This document shows, piece after piece, positions 55,654-64,000 of a stretch of DNA of 64,000 bases. The DNA lies in contig OZ024743.1 in assembly GCA_964016885.1 (NCBI GenBank), forward strand, positions 303,862,001-303,926,000, written 5' to 3'. A program made the position numbers and the translations under genes. The DNA comes from Eledone cirrhosa (taxonomy: Eukaryota). The notes under the pieces are model-generated. The model saw only the letters and a program-made list of their open reading frames with translations, did no database searches and was not told where the DNA came from. Numbering within the stretch: position 1 is the first letter of the stretch; every line of letters begins with the position of its first letter.

Positions 55654-57132
55654 ATAATAATAAATTTAAAGACTAAAATCCAAAGAGGGCTCGATAAGGA
55701 TAAATATATATCAAATATATAAGAACCGCAGAGCAGATATTTATTAAAATAACAGATTAAAGTGAAGCAAAGAATCGGTGCTTTCACCTTTAACGGGATC
55801 TTCTGAAACTAACAAAGTCAATCTGTAAACGCAGAAGTGGATATTTCAAAAAACGTTGCAACCGGAGGAAGACAGTAAGACGACACTTTGGTTCGTGGAA
55901 ACGTTCGCTGGCAAAAAACGGGAAAACACGAATAAGATACGTCATTAATAGGAGCGGTGAAAAGCAATTACGCGCAAAGACAGAACCACGTTTATGGTAT
56001 AAAAGAGGTCGTAGACAAATGTTATCTTCGGTGGTTCATAGAGACGTTCTCTGGCAATGAACGAAAAAAACGAAGATAATACGTCATAAGTGGAGCGTGA
56101 GAACAATAGCACGCAAAGACAAAACCACGTAAATGGTATAGCAGAAGTCGTAGACTAAAATTCTAACTAGGAGACCGATTGAATCTCCGCTACAGAGTTA
56201 AGAACAAAGTAAATAAATACAATACAGAAGTAATAGAAATAAATAAATACGTACACGCAAACAAATACGTACATACACAAGCATACGCAAAACACTTACC
56301 ATAGGTATACAAAACCACGCACATATAAATATGTGTGTGTGTGAATGCGTGTATACAAATTAACAAATAAATAATTATATAAACGTATATAAATAAATAA
56401 ATAAGTATATAACAAGCGCACACACATACCTACATGTAAATACACGAATGTTCGGAGACGTAACTCAACCAAAACATGAAGTACACATATACACACATCC
56501 TACATACGTACGAACATGCATACTCACACAGACGCAAAACTGCCGTATACATATAGCCAAACCATATGTACCAGAATAAAAAAAAGAAAAAAATGTTACG
56601 CCATACCATAAACAATCAAATATACGTACGAGAAGGTATACGTACTTTCACGAAACATACGGGTAATATATACTTACCTATGCAAATAAGTAATGGTATA
56701 AAGAAAACATATACTTAGCTCCCACATCAAGACGTAAAATATCCACGTATAGATCGTACTATCCATTAAAGTATAACGTGGGGCTGTAATATAGGAAAGT
56801 GTTGTGCAATTTATGTTTACAAGCCGAAATTGCCTCAGATTTTTTGTTTAAGATGTGGTTTGTGGCGTAGAGTATTTCCATGGTCTCAGAGGCACAGAGG
56901 TCACATGGTCTTTTATTTCCGTTATACGATCTAGCCCAAGCTAGGATCTCCCAGTGTAACTTATATTGGGTGTGGTTGTCTTTTAGACTCCAGATATAAG
57001 CTGAAAGTGACGTCATATTCCTTCTTAGATGGTAAACGAATGGGTATGCTTCTTAGTTTCAGAAGATCCCGTTAAGGGTGAAAGCAGCGATTCTATGCTT
57101 AAACTTTAATCTGTTATTTTAATAAATATATT
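55651..57132 (-). mobile_element. Heavily 5'-truncated PLE (GIY-YIG C-terminus 56759-57016, long 3'UTR) with inverted terminal copy at 57053-57132
   Basis: TSLSAYIW...WEIL...CDLCASE...LNKKSE aligns with ORF 47764-48348; UTR duplication of about 140 bp at 55885-56155; TA flanks. Confidence 0.85.
57055..57105 (+). ncRNA. Type I hammerhead-like ribozyme with CAGAAGA core (inverted arm; partner at 55761-55810, minus strand)
   Basis: AGUUU-CAGAAGA-UCCC GUUAA GGGU-GAAA-GCA GCGAUUCUA UGC-UU-AAACU. Confidence 0.65.
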
Positions 57133-57174
57133 ATATATATATATATATATATATAAATATCTTTCTCTCTTTCT

Positions 57175-57394
<220 letters not shown>

Positions 57395-57858
57395 GGAAAA
57401 AGCACGTGATAGTGGAACATTGACTGCTGCCATCAGTAGTAGCTTACTGCTACATTTCACACCGGTTCGCGGCACATAACGGAAACAGGTTGATAACGTG
57501 AGTCCACAGTTCGGTCAACGAATACCACAAACCTGCATATTGCGCAGGTAGGATTGTTGAAATATGGATTTCACAGAAACCTATCCGAGGTATTGCATAA
57601 TATCGTTCGTGATGATCAAGGTTTGTTGTCTAACCGGATTGGTTTTCTGGTTGCTTTGGTATTATGTGGCTAGGTTGTTTTCAATTTGTCAAGCTATCTA
57701 ACGTTTGTTATTACTCTAAGGTGACATAAACTTATCGAGTGCTTTGATGCACATTCTTAATTGTATATCGTTAGCTTGGTCACAGCCAAAACGTCGATTT
57801 TACTAAACTTCCAATTGTATATATATATATATGTGTATATGTGTGTGTGGGTGTATGT

Positions 57859-57907
<49 letters not shown>

Positions 57908-58759
57908 CGTGCGTGTGTGTGCCTGTGTCTGTGTAAAGAGATGGAGAGAGAGAGAAAGGATGCAGAGAGAAGGAGAGAGGCGCCGCTGTATAGAATGAAA
58001 TAGAGAGTAAAATGGGGGAAAGTGAGAAAGAGTTTCCATGTTTTCAAATTGTTCATACATTTTTCGCCGTCGGAAAATGTTCAAATCCATTCAATTATAG
58101 TAGGAAAGAATCCCTTTTAAGTTCCAATGATAGGATTTCCTGCAAAAGCTTCGATTTCCACTGATTAATAAAGCAAGCTATCAAACGTTTGCATGCAACT
58201 ACGAATACGTTAACACAAATGTATTCATTCATTTCCCCCAAAACGGCCTTTGCATGAATTAACCATTATAAATGCATGTGCTTATTGGATATCATATGTA
58301 CCATACTTAATTTGTTTTCAATATTTCAATTAATGTACAAAATATATATCCAAGATTATAACACTTTTTTTCAGAATATTTCATATGGATGTTAATCATC
58401 CCGTAAAGGGAAGTATTTCAATTGTTTTTTTTTTCCACTTAGAAGCTCACCACAGAGTGTTACCATTGGAAGTTTTTGATCAACAATTCTTACAGTTATG
58501 CTAGAGTATAATTACTGCCATGTTGTAAATGTTGAGTGCGTGTAAATACTACTTCTCATTCGTAATTAAAAGTTAGCTGACATTCTGAATCTCTCTAATT
58601 ATCTCTAAAGAAAGGGTGCAAAAATATTTGCATGATGATGTTAAAGAACCCATTCTTATCATGTGTATAATTAAACGATCAAGACGAGATAGATATCAAC
58701 ACGAGATAGAGATTATATTTATCTGCCGTTGTGCTGCCAAATGATGCCGAAAGCTACTG

Positions 58760-59140
58760 ACCCGCATCTTCAGGTGAAGAAGGCCATTGGAGCGTCAATC
58801 ACAGAGGCTGATATAGCAGCCAGCTTGGCAGCCGTTAAAGGTTGCACCAACGATTGTCACTACCATTAACAAGAAGAAGGCATCGACAGCAACAGAAGAA
58901 TAACAACGATATCGCATCTTCGGTGAAAGAAGGCACTCGATCCTCAGGAAACAGCCTGGCAGCCAGAATTGGTAGCAGTTTCAACTACCAACACGATTAA
59001 CAAGAGGAAGGCACCGGTAGCAACAGTTACATTAACAACAACAACAACACATATGTGTATAAATCAACATCTTACCAGCAATCACTACCGCTGCCATTAA
59101 CAAGAAGATGCCAACTCCAGCATCAGTGACAATAACAACA
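58760..59140 (+). repeat. Three diverged tandem repeats of about 100-135 bp upstream of the CRE-like ORF
   Basis: attaacaagaagaaggca..agcaaca..taacaac motif at about 58865, 58995 and 59096. Confidence 0.6.
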
Positions 59141-59454
59141 CATCTTTCAGGTTTAAATGACTCACCTTTAATCACAAGGTCCTATGAGAAACTGCTAACA
59201 TGCTGAGCTGAACATGCGAGCTGAATTCCGGGTCTTTCTGCTGGGAACAACCCCTATTTTCTTTCTTTTTTTTCTTTTGTACATTCATCCATTCATTCAT
59301 TTCCTAACATTCTACCTTCTTGTGTGTCCTCTTCCATGTACCCTCTTCTTTTCTCTCTTGTCTTCTGACGCCTCCATATCTGATATAGGTGAGTCATGAG
59401 GCCCTCTAATCAGCACTTTCCTTTCCACCCACATACGCCAGCCATTCACACCTG

Positions 59455-62420
59455 ATGGCACTCGGTGCGCCAACCCCCCCCCCCTCCTCCATCCGCACCA
59501 GTCGTAACCTGCAGTATTGCAGCGCCACGAACAGACGGAAGAGGGGCCGGAACTGTTCGGTGTGCGGCTTCTTTCACCACTTCATCTGTGTTGGTTTGAC
59601 GTGTCGAGCTTCCAGTGCCCTCGCAGCCTGGAGATGAAGAAACTGTCTCTTCTCCTCGTCTGCCCAGCCACGGCCATCTGCCACACCACCAGATGGGACA
59701 GCGGGCTTTCCTGACGCCCAAGCCTCACTGGTTAGCATCGCTCGGCTCAGGTGGCTCCGGAAGATCCCTCTCAGGATGACAAGAGCGTCCCTGGTGCCGG
59801 TAGCCGATGCCTTCGCTTCCTCTCTTAAGAGCGCCCTGGACTCCAATCGTTCTAGCGACTGGGAGCGACGCATCTATTTCGCCCCACTCACCCTCGGTAC
59901 CCCAGGTCCCCGGGCTGGCCGGTCGAGAGCAACCTTTTTCAAGGCCAATGTTTCGTCCTTTGATCAAGCGCCCAGTCCATGCGTGCCTAGTGACGCAACA
60001 CACCCTACACTCGGATACCCCCAATCTTCCACCCATGAGGTCAGCACCAAGCGTTTGCATGACAAATTAAACATGGGTGATGTCCCGCCGCAGTCAGAGT
60101 GGTTTCCTCAGAGGATACTGTCCTCCAACCAACTGAAGAGGTCCTGGCTGCCCTGCGATTCAAAGCACTCTGAGCCATCCGCTGACCTCAGGTTCATACC
60201 CCCACCCGATCCCCACGTGCTCCTTGTGTGTTCCGACGCAGATATAAGGTCCGCCATCAAAGTCCTTCCCAGCTAGCAGCAGCGGAGGTGTGATGTTCTC
60301 CAACCAGGCATCCTCAAGGAATTGCTATCCCCCTCTCCGCTGAGGTGGGGCGCCACCTGCTGAGTGCAGTTTAAGCACTCACCAATAGGCTTGTCCATGG
60401 TGCTCTGGATGCTCACACTCGAGTCTGCTTTGTTTCGTCTAGCCTCACCGTTCTCAGGAAGAAAGAGGGTGGATTACGCTGTGGGTAATGTCTTCCAGAG
60501 GCTGGCTGCCAAGGTGGTCTGCAGGTCCATAACACCCGAAATGGGTGGGGTGTTCAGTCCGGTACAACTGGGTGTCGACGTGTTCGGTGACTGTGAGGGG
60601 GCCGCACATGCAACCAGGCAGTTCTTCACAGCTGCCCACCGGAAACGGCATCCAGAGACTCCAGGCACCTCATGGTCAAGCTTGACATGAGGAATGCCAT
60701 TAACTGCTTATGCTGGGGCCACCTGCGCGATGCCTGCCTTAGCCGACCCCCCCCCGCATCTGCCTACCCGCTGGCTTACCTGTCGTATGGAGCCCCGAGC
60801 ATGCTCCTTGTTGCTGATACGGTCATACGTTCGGCCACTTGGGTCCAACAGGTATACCCTTAGTGCCCCCTCCTGTTTGCCCTTGACATTGACCACATCG
60901 ACTGGAGTATCACGACCCCTCTGAACGTTTGGTAGCTGGATGATGCTCCGTTGGATGGGCCCGTAGAATCTGTCTGACATGACATACAATCGGTGGTTCC
61001 TGACCTGGCGAGAATCGGCCTCCAGGTCAACTCGGCCAAGTCACAGGTGGTGAATGTCACCCACGATACTGAGAGCTTTGCAGCCCCCGTCTCGGACGTG
61101 CGGGCCATTCTCCAAGAGGTACAGGTGACTCACAAAAACGATGTCCTCTTCCTCGGATCTCCGATCCACACGCCCGCCATCCTCCACCATCAGCTGCAGG
61201 CTTCAACAACTCCAGACCCTCAGCTGATCGGGCTTGATCGATGGGCACCCAGCTCTCTTTCTGTTGAGGAACTGCTTCTCCATGCCGAAGCTCCTCTATA
61301 CCCTACACCCACGCATCTCTCCTCGCCGACCTCTATTCTTTTATCCGAGCAGCAGCCAAGGAGATATGCAAGGTCAGGCTTGACGACATTGGATGGCAAC
61401 AGGCCACTTTACATGTTAGGTATGGCGGCCTTGGCCTCCGGTCCGTTATCACCGGTTTTGCCGTCGTAACTTTCGTCGGTAAACTCGTGCGGCGTCCTCG
61501 TCAGCAGGGTTCTTCTAAACACAATAGAACCCTCTGTGTTCAGAGAACGTGAGACCGCCTGTGAGACATGAGACCGGCTGGGAGTTAGGCAAGTAGACGT
61601 CCCGCCTCCTTCTCCCCCTGTTGATCTCAATTCCCCCCAAAGCACTTGGGATGCCATCCTGTGCAGCCTGGCCTCAGACAGGCTCACGCGCCAGCTTTTT
61701 TCGTGCAGCCCCCAAACCTCGCAGTGGTTCCTGGCTCCATGCCCTGCCCTCCTTCTCCACTGGCACTCAAGTAAACAATAATAGCCTGCGCATCAGCGTT
61801 TCCTTGAGGCTCGGCCTCCGGATCTGCGAGCCACACCAATATCGCTGCGGATCCACCGTGGACTCTTTCGGCTTCCATCCTTTTTCCTGTTGCCACAATA
61901 CCGGCCACCTTCTACGCCATGTTGCCCTCAACGAGGTCATAAAGCATGGCTTCGACGCTGCAGGCTTCACTTCCCAGCTCGAGCCGGCGGGGCTGGACCG
62001 AGGAGACGGCAAAAGGCCAGATGGCATGACCATATTCCCGTACCGCAATGGCGAACCCCTTGTCTTGCACCGACACTTTCTGCAGCCGCAACCTTGTGCA
62101 GGCTGCGACTAACCCAGGGTTCTGCTGCATGTCGTACTGAGGAGGCAAAACTCTTCAAATACCGGTCGCTCTCCGACAGGTTGCGGTGGTACCCTTGGCA
62201 CTGGAGACTTCTGGTGTCCTCCGCCCTAAGGCTACGTCCCTACTCACCACCATAGCCGCTGAGCTGGCCAGCGGCAGGTGTAAGCCGCGCATATTGGAGT
62301 GGCTCTTCCAGGGTTTCTCCCTTGCCCTCCTCCGGGGAAACGCCTTCTTTATTCTGTCCGCGGGGCTGTGCGGAGTCAAGCCGATTATATTACGAGTTCT
62401 GTTAAATAGTCTTAAATTGC
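59455..62420 (+). mobile_element. Degenerate CRE-like non-LTR retrotransposon (PHD-like finger, RT, CCHC, restriction-like endonuclease)
   Basis: RT motifs AVGNVFQRLAAK, PVQLGV, VKLDMRNAIN, VQQ, NVW*LDD, IGLQVNSAKS; RCGSTVDSFGFHPFSC, RHVALNEVI, GKRPDG, PLALETSG, LLRGNA. Confidence 0.82.
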
Positions 62421-63111
62421 TATTTCTCTTTTAGACATTATGGTTTTTAAGCACCTGATAGCCTGGGGGACCAAAGTTGAGATATAATAGCATGCTTAGA
62501 TCTCTGTAACTGGATGCATGGAGAAAGATTTATTGAAAACGAAAGCGAAAGCTTACTAAAATTGACCACCATTGTATTAAACGGAGAAGCGGATTGCGTT
62601 AAGTAACTAATACGATAACACTGGAAAGAGCTGAAATAAACAACATATCATGTTTTCTGTAATAAATCCGGTACGTCCATCGACAGCAAAAAGAAGAAAA
62701 TCAAATGGGATTTTTTGACAAATTGAAATATTACCGCAGACAGAGAAATAGATAGCGCAAATACCAAGCCGTTAACACTTCACACCACCGCATAAATAAT
62801 CGAAATACACGCGAAGAAATGTTAAAAATTTGTGATACAAACAATTAAAACAAGGATGTGTCACACACAGAAGGGAATAAGTATCAGTCATTGTCGAGTT
62901 ATATAAAATATTCGGAATAGGACTTTAAAGAAATAACAATTCTTCATTATTATTGTCTAATATTTGAATGTACAACATCCTGGATTGTTTTGTTTCTGAT
63001 TCCATATGGAATTAGCTAAATTAGCTAAATTGATTAATTTTCATTACTGATTGTTGAACCACATTAAGTTTGAAAATTTGTTGGCATGATCTTTCAACCT
63101 TTTTGATCTTG

Positions 63112-63180
<69 letters not shown>

Positions 63181-63184
<4 letters not shown>

Positions 63185-63757
63185 GAACATTATAATAAAT
63201 GTTCGGTAAATATGTGTGCATGTACGTATATATATACATACTACTGTACGTCTGTATACATATATGTATGCACGTATACATATTTATATTTAAGTAACAG
63301 CCGTACTAAGAGTGAGAAATGAAATTTCGTTTCATTTTTTCCATTTATCGTTTTCGGTGCGCCCGGCCGATTAACTCACTCGATATGCAAATTAGGCTAC
63401 TCAGCCGTTAATATGCATAAGGAAAGTATATACTTTCAGACGTTCAATCATCTGGCAGGAAGGTATACGGTCCTGACGATAGCTAATAAGCTTGAAACTA
63501 GTACATCGTTCCTTTGTTAGTGTTGATCAAAAGGGCAACGATGGTGCGGTTTAATTCGGGATGTTTGTAAATGGTGCGGCTTAATTCGGGATGTTTGTAA
63601 ATCCATACGTACATATATATATGTATGCATGTATGTATATATATACATACTACTGTACGTCTGTATACATATATGTATGTACGTATACATACTTATATTT
63701 AAGTAACAGCAGTACTAAGAGTGAGAAATGAAATTTCGTTTCATATTTTCCATTTAT
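63181..63757 (+). mobile_element. Partial tandem (period about 409 bp) of a non-coding HHR-containing unit, in (TA)n
   Basis: tactgtacgtctgtatac...tttccattta at both 63242 and 63651; HHR between the two copies. Confidence 0.75.
63467..63509 (+). ncRNA. Minimal type I hammerhead ribozyme with palindromic CUAG stem III
   Basis: ACGGUC-CUGACGA-U AGCU AAUA AGCU U-GAAA-CUAG-UA-CAUCGU; one C/C mismatch at the base of stem I. Confidence 0.7.
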
Positions 63758-64000
63758 ATATATATATATATCAAGAGTTGATCGCCAAGATCCCAGAGCT
63801 AGAGCGAAAAATAGAATCATGAATACCAAATATAAAATAAATCATCAATATTTCACTAATTAAATAGTTTGATTATAATAAAGGCAATGAGCTGGGCGGA
63901 TACTGAAATTAATATAAGTACTATAAATGATTCCGTAAATGACTGCAACGATATCTAGTGAAATATACGAAAAGTCTAATACGAAAAGTAACAACACGAA

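Overview
AT-rich, microsatellite-dense animal genomic DNA. The tRNA-derived SINE family and overall repeat landscape suggest a cephalopod, probably Octopus (inference). No host protein-coding gene can be supported; the window is a transposable-element nest. It contains: (1) a 12.6-kb head-to-tail array of three diverged Tx1-clade non-LTR retrotransposons in a (TCTA)n microsatellite, plus an older Tx1 pair joined at (TTA)n; (2) four Penelope-like element (PLE) coding remnants and several non-coding PLE-end or retrozyme-like inserts, nearly all in (TA)n tracts and often with inverted terminal copies; (3) a Helitron; (4) a degenerate CRE-like RLE retrotransposon with an apparent N-terminal PHD finger; (5) six SINE copies or fragments. 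The most striking unannotated signal is a set of type I hammerhead ribozymes (HHR) from about 7 sequence families. The best case is an apparently sequence-identical 558-bp HHR tandem array (about 3.7 copies plus a 317-bp inverted arm) that resembles a rolling-circle copy of a self-cleaving circular RNA. Another family has a CAGAAGA core instead of CUGANGA in all three copies. All alignments and folds were done by eye.
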